A DNA stretch of 64,000 bases from Paraglaciecola sp. GTDB taxonomy: Bacteria > Pseudomonadota > Gammaproteobacteria > Enterobacterales > Alteromonadaceae. The stretch lies in the NCBI RefSeq assembly GCF_039942875.1, contig NZ_JBDVBQ010000046.1:61660-125659 (forward strand), in the 5' to 3' direction. How positions within the stretch are numbered: the stretch's first letter is position 1; each line of letters starts with the position of its first letter. This document shows positions 21,488 through 29,860 of this stretch, piece by piece. A program made the position numbers and the translations under genes. The notes beneath the pieces were generated by a model. It had not been told where the DNA came from and did not search any database. It worked only from the letters and a program-made list of their open reading frames with translations.

Positions 21488-22606
21488 ATGAAAAAATTAT
21501 TGATTGCCAGTGTAGTAGCTGCTGCTATAAGTACTGCGGTTCAAGCAGAAGATAAAGCCAACGACAAATGGGTTGCTGGATTCGCTGAATATTATTTAAC
21601 AGATGAAAGTGAATCAGGAGCTCCAAATTTTTTAGATAACGGTACTGGAATTGGTGCTGAGTTTGGTTATAGATTTGCGCCAGAATGGGCTACTAGGCTT
21701 GAAGTTTCTCATTTAAACATTGACGCCTCACCTGCTGATGAGTCAGGTAACCGTGTTGGTGTTGATGCATTGTATTTTCTACCAGAAGACCTTTTATATG
21801 TTTTTGGTGGTTTAAAATACACTAAAATCGTAGATGGCGGTTCTATGGTAAACGTTGGTCTTGGTAAACATTGGCATGTGAATGATGATGTTGCTGTTAT
21901 AACTGAAGTAGCTGCTTATCAAGGTTTAGATGATAGTAATGAAACTCATGTTGGTTTTAAACTTGGCCTAGCATATACCTTTGGTGGCTCTGCGACTTCT
22001 AGCGCAAGTACTGATACTGACAGTGATGGTGTTGCTGATGGTCAAGATAACTGCCCTAACACAGCTTACGGTACCACAGTTGACGCGTATGGTTGTGCAC
22101 TAGTTGCAGATGTTGCGCCTGCATCAGTAGTAGTAACTGATACAGATGGCGATGGTGTTGCTGACGATCTTGACGAATGTGCTAACACTCCAAGCACAGA
22201 CGTGGTTGATGCAACGGGTTGTGGTGTATTTATCGAAGAAGAAGTATCTTCTAATATCAAAGTATTGTTTGCAAATAACAGTTCTGTAGTAACTAACCCT
22301 AATGATTCTCAGTTCCAAGATTTCGTGGACTTCATGAATCGTTACCCTTCAGCTGATGCGCTTATCGAAGGACATTCATCTGCTCCAGGCGCAGCTGATT
22401 ATAATATGTACCTTTCTCAGAAGCGTGCCGATGCAATCCGTACATTGTTAGTAGAACAATACGGTGTTGATGCTGATAGATTGACGACTCAGGGTTACGG
22501 TGAAACTCAATTGTTAGATACTGCAAATACAGCAGAAGCTAACAAAAAGAACCGTCGTATCATTGCAATTGTATCTGCAAGTGAGCGTGTTAAATTACAA
22601 AAGTAA
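21488..22606 (+). CDS. OmpA-family outer membrane protein with thrombospondin type-3 repeats
   Basis: A signal peptide starts at MKKLLIASVV, with an N-terminal barrel-like region. Two DTD(S/G)DGVAD..D.C.NT repeats are followed by a C-terminal OmpA domain (NRRI). Confidence 0.88.
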   Translation: MKKLLIASVVAAAISTAVQAEDKANDKWVAGFAEYYLTDESESGAPNFLDNGTGIGAEFGYRFAPEWATRLEVSHLNIDASPADESGNRVGVDALYFLPEDLLYVFGGLKYTKIVDGGSMVNVGLGKHWHVNDDVAVITEVAAYQGLDDSNETHVGFKLGLAYTFGGSATSSASTDTDSDGVADGQDNCPNTAYGTTVDAYGCALVADVAPASVVVTDTDGDGVADDLDECANTPSTDVVDATGCGVFIEEEVSSNIKVLFANNSSVVTNPNDSQFQDFVDFMNRYPSADALIEGHSSAPGAADYNMYLSQKRADAIRTLLVEQYGVDADRLTTQGYGETQLLDTANTAEANKKNRRIIAIVSASERVKLQK

Positions 22607-22621
22607 TTTAAGCTTTTAAAT

Positions 22622-22654
22622 AAAAAAAGAGATGCAATTGCATCTCTTTTTTTT
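22622..22654. terminator. Bidirectional rho-independent terminator
   Basis: The perfect palindrome agagatgcaattgcatctct is flanked by A7 and T8 runs. It lies between the convergent ompA-like and dnaB genes. Confidence 0.85.
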
Positions 22655-22703
22655 ATCTTAAATTTAGTCGTTAGATAAGCTATGACTATTTTATAGGCTT
22701 TAA

Positions 22704-24101
22704 TTAATACTCGTCATCTAAAGCTGGGCCTGCATAATTATCAAATCTTGAAAACTGTCCTTGGAAAGTAAGGCGAGAGGTTCCAATTGGTCCGTTACGT
22801 TGTTTTCCAATAATTATTTCTGCTATTCCTTGTTCGGTACTTTGCTCGTTATAAACTTCATCCCGATAGATAAACATGATCAAATCTGCGTCTTGCTCTA
22901 TTGAACCTGATTCCCTCAAGTCAGAGTTGATTGGGCGTTTGTCACTTCGTTGCTCCAAGCTACGGTTTAACTGTGAAAGTGCCACCACAGGTACTTCTAA
23001 CTCTTTCGCTAGTGATTTGAGTGAGCGTGATATTTCAGCTATCTCTAAGGTACGGTTATCGCTTAAGCCTGGTACTTGCATGAGTTGTAGGTAATCAATC
23101 ATGATTAAACTAATCCCGCCTTTGTCACGAGCAAGTTTTCTAGCGCGGGTACGAACTTCCATAGGCGTCAGGCCAGACGAATCATCAATAAATAGATTAT
23201 CTTTGTCTTTTAACATTGCCATGGTGTTAGACATGCGAGCCCAGTCTTCGTCATCTAATTGTGCGGTACGGACTTTGGTTTGATCTACACGGCTTAGTGA
23301 CGCTAACATCCGCATCATGATTTGTTCAGAGGGCATCTCAAGACTAAATACTAAAACGGGCTTCTCTTCCAATAACATGGCATTTTCACACAGATTCATG
23401 GCGAATGTTGTTTTACCCATTGAAGGCCTAGCTGCCACTATAATTAAATCAGATGGCTGTAAGCCACTGGTTTTTTTATCTAAATCTGTATATCCAGTGG
23501 AGACGCCCGTTACTTCTTTATTACTTTTAACTAGTACTTCTAATCGGTCAATAGTTTTGGTTAATACTGCTTCTACATTTTTTGGGCCTTCGTCTTTACC
23601 TGTTCTTTTTTCTGCAATTTCAAATACTTTACTTTCGGCCATATCCAGAATTTCGCCTGAGTTTCGGCCTTCTGGGTTATAACCGGTGTCGGCAATTTCA
23701 TGTGCTACGCCTATTAATTCTCGAGTAACAGCCCGCTCTTTAATAATACTGGCGTAAGCTGAAACGTTAGCTGAGCTAGGCGTATTTTTTGCTAACTCCC
23801 CTAAATAGGCAAAACCACCAGCATCTTCCAGCTCGTCTAATTCTTCAAGGTTTTCAGAAACAGTAATCAGATCTATTGGCTGATTTTTTGTAAGCAGGCG
23901 TATGATGGCAGCATAAATGATCTGATGAGAGCGGTTGTAAAAATCTTCAACTACTACGGACTCAGCAACTTTATCCCAAGAATCAGGGGCAATAAGCATA
24001 CTTCCCAAAACCGACTGCTCTGCTTCGATTGAGTGAGGAGGGACTTTTAATTTTTCGACTTTATCGTCCGAATTTTTCTTAGGAACTGCTTTTACAGGCA
24101 T
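22704..24101 (-). CDS. dnaB: Replicative DNA helicase DnaB
   Basis: 465 aa with Walker A (ARPSMGKTTF). The PPHSIEAEQSVLG N-terminal motif is present, and there is no intein. Confidence 0.97.
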   Translation of the reverse strand: MPVKAVPKKNSDDKVEKLKVPPHSIEAEQSVLGSMLIAPDSWDKVAESVVVEDFYNRSHQIIYAAIIRLLTKNQPIDLITVSENLEELDELEDAGGFAYLGELAKNTPSSANVSAYASIIKERAVTRELIGVAHEIADTGYNPEGRNSGEILDMAESKVFEIAEKRTGKDEGPKNVEAVLTKTIDRLEVLVKSNKEVTGVSTGYTDLDKKTSGLQPSDLIIVAARPSMGKTTFAMNLCENAMLLEEKPVLVFSLEMPSEQIMMRMLASLSRVDQTKVRTAQLDDEDWARMSNTMAMLKDKDNLFIDDSSGLTPMEVRTRARKLARDKGGISLIMIDYLQLMQVPGLSDNRTLEIAEISRSLKSLAKELEVPVVALSQLNRSLEQRSDKRPINSDLRESGSIEQDADLIMFIYRDEVYNEQSTEQGIAEIIIGKQRNGPIGTSRLTFQGQFSRFDNYAGPALDDEY

Positions 24102-24187
24102 TGTTTTTTCAGTTGAATTACGGGCGAATAGTATGCGTTAAAAGCAGCTCAAAAGTAAACCTTGAGAGGCGTAAGTATGTAGACCAT

Positions 24188-26017
24188 TTACTTATTAAGA
24201 TGTGCCGAAATAGTAGAAATGAATCGCTCACCATAGCGGCTTAATTTTGTTTGCCCTACGCCATGGATATCTAAAAACTCGACTTCAGACTCTGGGCATT
24301 TATTAGCCATGTCAGCTAAACTGGCATCACTGAACACCACAAAGGGAGGCACGTCGTCTTGCTCTGCGATTTTCTTACGTAAATGTTTGAGCTTGGCGAA
24401 TAAGGCTCTATCGTAGTCGGGAGTTTGCCAAGACTTTTGGTTGCCAAAGTTCATATCAAGCCTAGGCACGGCTAATTGTACATCTTGAGACTTTTGAAGA
24501 ATGGGTCTGGCTTCTTCAGTTAATTTCAGCACTGCATTCTGCGTTATGTCGACCCTAATAAATCCCCTATGTATCAATTGGTTTATAATATTGTGCCAGT
24601 AGGCATCAGATTTATCTTTACCTATAGCAAAAGTACTCAGTTCATTATGTTGTTGTTCAATTATTTTTTTTAATTGTTTGCCCCGCAAAACATCAATTAA
24701 ATATTGGCTAGCAACGCTTTGTTTTAGTCTAAGGATACACGATAGGACCTTTTGTGCTTCAACTGTCCCCTCAAACGCTTTAGGTGGATCTAAGCAAATA
24801 TCGCAGTTACCACAATGCCCCGCTGAATATTCTGCAAAGTAGTTGAGCAATACTTGTCTACGACAAGTTTGGGCTTCTCCAAAGGCTTCCATTGCTGCAA
24901 ATTTTTGTAATTCGATAGCATTACGTTCTGGGTTTTCACCACTGGATATCCATTGTTTAATTCGACTTGTGTCTTTTTCATCAAATAATAATAGAGCTTC
25001 AGCAGGCATTCCATCTCGACCAGCTCTGCCGATTTCTTGATAGTAAGATTCAATGCTTCTTGGTAAATCAAAATGCAATACAAACCGCACATTAGATTTA
25101 TCTATACCCATTCCGAATGCAACGGTAGCGACTATGATATCGATTTTATCTTGAATGAAATCTCTTTGTATAATATCTCGAATATTGGGTTCTAGACCCG
25201 CATGATAACCTGCGCTGTTAATACCCTTACGTGCAAGAGCCATAGCCAAGTCGTCTACTTTGCTGCGACTATTACAATAAATTATACCGCTGCCTTCTTG
25301 CTGCTTTACAAAGCTAATGACTTGGTCAGTTGCTTTATATTTTGTGACTTGGTTATAGCGAATATTAGGGCGATCGAAACTGCCTTTAAAAATAAAAGGG
25401 GCCTTTAAGTTAAGTTGTAAGCTGATATCGGCACGTGTTGCAAGGTCTGCTGTTGCTGTCAAACCCATGATCGGTACGTCAGGAAAGTGGTTTTTAAGTT
25501 GCCCGAGTAGCCGGTAGTCTTTCCGAAAATCATGGCCCCAATGGGATACGCAGTGAGCTTCGTCTACGGCAATTAAACTGATACATAAGCTTTTTAAGCG
25601 TGCAATAAACTCGAGTTGCATTAATCTTTCTGGTGCTACATAAATTAACTTGTATTGGTTGTCCTGCATCCCTTTATATATCTTGAAAATGTCCTCGTAT
25701 GAGAGGTTAGAGTTAATGTATGCGGCATTGACTCCGTAGGTTAATAGTCCGTCAACTTGGTCTTTCATCAATGAGATAAGGGGGGATACTACTATGGTTA
25801 GTCCCGGCAGTAATAATGCAGGTATTTGATAGCAAAGGGATTTTCCACCGCCAGTAGGCATTAAAACTAAGCAGTCTTGTTTATCTAGCACGCTAGAGAT
25901 GACTTCAGATTGACCGTCTCTAAATTGGTCATATCCAAAAGTATTTTTTAAAATCTCTCTCGCTTTGGATAAGGGATTAGCTGATGATGGAGAGTGATTA
26001 GGTGCTTGCTCAGACAA
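24188..26017 (-). CDS. recQ: ATP-dependent DNA helicase RecQ (canonical, about 609 aa)
   Basis: It has the helicase motifs (PTGGGKSLCYQ, DEAHCVSHWGHDFR), a zinc-binding Cys cluster (CGNCDIC), and RQC and HRDC regions. Confidence 0.95.
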   Translation of the reverse strand: MSEQAPNHSPSSANPLSKAREILKNTFGYDQFRDGQSEVISSVLDKQDCLVLMPTGGGKSLCYQIPALLLPGLTIVVSPLISLMKDQVDGLLTYGVNAAYINSNLSYEDIFKIYKGMQDNQYKLIYVAPERLMQLEFIARLKSLCISLIAVDEAHCVSHWGHDFRKDYRLLGQLKNHFPDVPIMGLTATADLATRADISLQLNLKAPFIFKGSFDRPNIRYNQVTKYKATDQVISFVKQQEGSGIIYCNSRSKVDDLAMALARKGINSAGYHAGLEPNIRDIIQRDFIQDKIDIIVATVAFGMGIDKSNVRFVLHFDLPRSIESYYQEIGRAGRDGMPAEALLLFDEKDTSRIKQWISSGENPERNAIELQKFAAMEAFGEAQTCRRQVLLNYFAEYSAGHCGNCDICLDPPKAFEGTVEAQKVLSCILRLKQSVASQYLIDVLRGKQLKKIIEQQHNELSTFAIGKDKSDAYWHNIINQLIHRGFIRVDITQNAVLKLTEEARPILQKSQDVQLAVPRLDMNFGNQKSWQTPDYDRALFAKLKHLRKKIAEQDDVPPFVVFSDASLADMANKCPESEVEFLDIHGVGQTKLSRYGERFISTISAHLNK

Positions 26018-26179
26018 AGATTTCTCAATGGGAATAATTTATCTAGTAAGTTTACGTGTTTTTAACTGAGTGTTCACTTGCTATCACTTAAAAAAGCACT
26101 TTGAGTTTATGAGCGCGGTATAAATATACATGACAACAGAATCATTGCGGCCTCAGTTATCAGTTTCTTAAATATTGAA

Positions 26180-26467
26180 ATGCCGTTCAATCAATTAGTA
26201 GAGTTTAAGGTTGAGCATGTTGGGGGAGATAGAGTAGAAATTATCCTTCAATGGGATGATTTACAAACTGAAGTCGAGATCACACAGTATTACCAACAGT
26301 TACCTAATGGTAGCACTTTGGATATGGGGGGAGATTACTTGCGCCCAAGGTTTATTGCATCAGCTGAAGTAATACGTAAAGGAAATAAAGTCGCTGTCTG
26401 CAAAATGAACTTACATAATTAATCAGGTTTGCATATCGCAACTAGTACAGTGACTTGTGTTATCTAA
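26180..26467 (+). pseudogene. YigI/PaaI-like hotdog thioesterase relic (in-frame stop, missing core)
   Basis: The 80 aa ORF begins MPFN... and ends ...DYLRP..A.AEVIRKGNKVAVCKMNLHN-TAA. Reading through the TAA at 26420-26422 gives SGLHIATSTVTCVI, which resembles the terminal strand of this family. The ...HGG... core segment is absent. It sits at the yigI position between recQ and rarD. Confidence 0.55.
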
Positions 26468-26669
26468 GACTCTGAAAAATAACATAATAATATATTTGTG
26501 GTGGAAAGTTACCAGACAGGCGGGCGGTTGAAAGAAGACCTCATCTCTTTTTTAAAAAGAAAATACTTTATTGTTGCCAAATATTTAGACAATATGCAGA
26601 AGAGCATTTAGTTAATTTATTATCAGTCAATCGTGGCAGGTAGCTTGTAGATTAAATTTCAGGGAAGTT

Positions 26670-27599
26670 ATGACAGTTTTTCAACAAAATCTTACATTGC
26701 TGATTGTTGATGATGATGTTGTGAATATATCAACACTTACGTCCCTGTTCGCTCAATTGTTTAATATTGAGGTTGCTCATGATGGAAAAGCTGCGCTACA
26801 AAGTATCTTGTTAAAAGATATAGATTTAGTGTTGAGCAAAGTGGACGCGCCAATGATTAACGGTCAAGAGTTATGTACATTCGTGAAAGACAATCGTTTA
26901 ACATCACATATCCCAATAGTTTTACTTACTCAAAATGCAACGGCTGATGAAGAGGAAGCATGTTTAAGCATAGGTGCAATTGATTATATAGACCTAAATG
27001 CCCGTCCAAAAACGATACTCTTCAGGATTAAAAACCATATGAATATGGTGGCTCAGCAGAAAAGATTAGCTCAAGTATCCTGCACGGATGGCTTAACGGG
27101 GTTAGCCAATAGAATGCAGTTAGACACTATGCTAAATAAAGAATGGTATGCCGCTGTTCGTGGTAACCATTCAGTCGCTATCTTGCTGATTGATATTGAT
27201 AACTTTAAATTATTTAATGACGAGTTTGGCCATTTGGAAGGTGACAAATGTTTAAAAACTGTGGCGTCGATTATTGCTAAAAGTAAAAGACGGGAAAGAG
27301 ACTTTGCGGCTAGGTACGGGGGCGAGGAGTTTGTACTATTGTTACCATTTACAGATTTAGAAGGTGCAATTCAAGTCGCTGATAGTTTAATTTCTAAAAT
27401 TAGAAATAGAAATATCAACGCTGCTAAAGATGCTCATTTTCCCATGGTGACTATAAGTGTTGGCATTACGGCTTATGTTCCTAAACATAATAAAGGAATC
27501 ATCAAGAACCCAATAGATCTTCTTAATTGTGCAGACAAACATTTATTTAAAGCTAAACAAAATGGCAGAAATTGTTATTCGGCGTCAGAAGAATTTTAG
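26670..27599 (+). CDS. Receiver-domain diguanylate cyclase (REC-GGDEF)
   Basis: The N-terminal REC-like domain has LLIVDDD. The C-terminal GGDEF domain has TGLANR, RYGGEEF and an RERD I-site 5 residues upstream. Confidence 0.88.
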   Translation: MTVFQQNLTLLIVDDDVVNISTLTSLFAQLFNIEVAHDGKAALQSILLKDIDLVLSKVDAPMINGQELCTFVKDNRLTSHIPIVLLTQNATADEEEACLSIGAIDYIDLNARPKTILFRIKNHMNMVAQQKRLAQVSCTDGLTGLANRMQLDTMLNKEWYAAVRGNHSVAILLIDIDNFKLFNDEFGHLEGDKCLKTVASIIAKSKRRERDFAARYGGEEFVLLLPFTDLEGAIQVADSLISKIRNRNINAAKDAHFPMVTISVGITAYVPKHNKGIIKNPIDLLNCADKHLFKAKQNGRNCYSASEEF

Positions 27600-27726
27600 A
27601 GGTTAGTTAAGTTTGCCCCATATGTTCAAAGAATAATAAATATTCATTCACCCTTGATTGCAATTCCTTTTGGCATAACTCACACTGCGCCACTAAATTA
27701 TCCTGTTTTTTATTCGGTACGTATTT

Positions 27727-28617
27727 TTGAACCAAAAACCTGTTAAATCTGGTGTGCTATTCGCTATTGCAGCTTATGTGATGTGGGGCTTGGCGCCCAT
27801 GTATTTTAAAGCCTTGAATGAAATGGCGGCTCCAGAGATTATGATGCATAGGGTGTTTTGGTCTGTGCCTGTATTATTTATTCTGTTATTGGCTAGAAGA
27901 AAACTTGGCCAAGTCATTGTCGCTATCCTAGCCCCTAAAATTTTAAAAACATTGCTAGTTAGCGGGTTGTTGTTAGCCGTTAATTGGTTGGTGTTTATTT
28001 GGGCTATTAATAATGACCGTTTGTTAGAATCTAGTCTTGGTTACTTCATTAATCCACTTATAAATGTGGCACTAGCGAGGGTCTTTTTAGGAGAGAAACT
28101 GACCCGATTACAAGGTGTGGCTGTTGCAGTTGTGTTTATTGGAGTAGTGAACGTTTTGGTTGCATATGGGGAACTTCCTTGGGTGTCTTTGGTTTTAGCT
28201 GGAACTTTTAGCTGTTATGGCTTATTACGCAAGAAAGTTGCTGTTGAATCAATGCCTGGTTTATTTATTGAAAGTCTTTTTATGTTTCCGTTTGCTGTCG
28301 CTTATTGGATAGTAGTTCAGCCGGAACATAGTAACTTAATAACCAATGATATTGAGTTAAACAGCCTTCTTGTATTGGCTGGAGTGATCACTACTGTGCC
28401 ACTATTATGTTTTACAGCAGCAGCCAGACGTATTCGTTATACCACTTTAGGTTTCTTTCAATATATAGGTCCGAGCATAATGTTTGTTTTGGCCGTGGGG
28501 GTTTATGGAGAACCTATTGATAGTACCAAAATTTTTACTTTTATTTGTGTTTGGGCCGCTTTGATTATTTATGTGTATGATCTACTCAGAGTATATAAAC
28601 AAGCTCCCAAAGTTTAA
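27727..28617 (+). CDS. rarD: EamA/RarD family transporter
   Basis: 296 aa and about 10 TM segments. The N-terminus (GVLFAIAAYVMWGLAPMYFK) resembles RarD. It has a TTG start. Confidence 0.88.
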   Translation: MNQKPVKSGVLFAIAAYVMWGLAPMYFKALNEMAAPEIMMHRVFWSVPVLFILLLARRKLGQVIVAILAPKILKTLLVSGLLLAVNWLVFIWAINNDRLLESSLGYFINPLINVALARVFLGEKLTRLQGVAVAVVFIGVVNVLVAYGELPWVSLVLAGTFSCYGLLRKKVAVESMPGLFIESLFMFPFAVAYWIVVQPEHSNLITNDIELNSLLVLAGVITTVPLLCFTAAARRIRYTTLGFFQYIGPSIMFVLAVGVYGEPIDSTKIFTFICVWAALIIYVYDLLRVYKQAPKV

Positions 28618-29852
28618 TCTGATACTACTTTGTTGCGGCCACTGTTTTTGGCTGTATATAAAAGTTCATCAGCTTTACGTATCATTCCCTTTATACCAGC
28701 GCTATTACTGTGGGTAAGACCAATACTCACAGTACAAGACAAGGTTTGTTTTTCAAACGTCAATTTTTTATTGCTCATAGCAAGACGAAATTTTTCAATT
28801 ATTTCTGATACTTCATCTTTAGGGATATTGGTAAAATATACACAAAACTCTTCTCCACCAAATCTGGCTGCAGTGTAGTCAGAAAAGTAGTCTGCAACTA
28901 ATTTGGCTATTTCTTTGAGGGTATAATCTCCACAATCATGGCCATATGTATCGTTTATGTTTTTGAAATGATCCACATCAACAATCGCTAAGCTTTCTAA
29001 TTTAGGGTTAATTTTTTGTAACGCTTCAACTCGTGTAAAAAAATAACGGCGGTTAGGTAATCCAGTTAAATAATCTGAATTGGCTACTCGTCTAATGGTT
29101 TCAATGTTCTCTAGTCTTTCTATATTTTGCATCACCCTACAAAAGAACTCCTCGTGGGAATAGGATTTATGTAGGTAATCCGTGGCACCGCTTTTAATAA
29201 AGCGTGCCGACAGACCACTAGTTGTATCAGCAGTAATGCCAATGATCCCTAAGTCTTCTTTAGAATGGGTGAGACGTAACTCTGAAATAAGCTGTATTGC
29301 AGACGAGTCAGACAAATTTTCGTCAATAATCACTAAGCGAATATTTGAATTGTGGCGCAAAGCCTGGATACTCTGTTCTGAGTTTACGGCTTCAAAAGTA
29401 ATGAAGTTATGACGTTTAAGTAGGGCTGTCATAGCATTTCTGCTATTTCTAGATTGATTTGCGACTAATACCGCTATTTTTTTATTTTTGTCTAAGCGAC
29501 TTAATAAACGAGTTAAGTATTCATACACTTGAGCGTTTTCTTTGGGAATATAATCCACAATATTCTTTTCAAGAATAATACTTCTTGTGGTTTCATCTAG
29601 GTTTTCAGTAACAACAATCGTGGGTAAGAAAGAATCAATTGTAAAATCAATTGCTTCTCCGTTAGGCGCATCCGCTAGATTAAAGTCGACTACAGCGCAT
29701 AAATATTCTTCAGGTGTAGAACTACAGAAAACATGTTTTGCCTCGACTAAGCTAGTGGTGCAAACGGGTTGCAAATTAGCATCAGAAATAAGACGTTGCA
29801 TTACAAGCATACTTGTTTGGTTGTTTTCGACTATTAATACTTTATGTTGCAT
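28614..29852 (-). CDS. PleD-like response regulator diguanylate cyclase (REC-REC-GGDEF)
   Basis: Two receiver-like domains are followed by GGDEF (TGLPNRR, RFGGEEF). No RxxD I-site is visible. Confidence 0.88.
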   Translation of the reverse strand: MQHKVLIVENNQTSMLVMQRLISDANLQPVCTTSLVEAKHVFCSSTPEEYLCAVVDFNLADAPNGEAIDFTIDSFLPTIVVTENLDETTRSIILEKNIVDYIPKENAQVYEYLTRLLSRLDKNKKIAVLVANQSRNSRNAMTALLKRHNFITFEAVNSEQSIQALRHNSNIRLVIIDENLSDSSAIQLISELRLTHSKEDLGIIGITADTTSGLSARFIKSGATDYLHKSYSHEEFFCRVMQNIERLENIETIRRVANSDYLTGLPNRRYFFTRVEALQKINPKLESLAIVDVDHFKNINDTYGHDCGDYTLKEIAKLVADYFSDYTAARFGGEEFCVYFTNIPKDEVSEIIEKFRLAMSNKKLTFEKQTLSCTVSIGLTHSNSAGIKGMIRKADELLYTAKNSGRNKVVSD

Positions 29853-29860
29853 TGATTCTT

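Noticed and set aside
22011-22230. Tandem DNA-level repeat within the ompA-like gene
   Set aside because: It is explained by two thrombospondin type-3 (DxDxDGxxDxxDxC) calcium-binding repeats, a known feature of OmpA-family proteins in marine bacteria.
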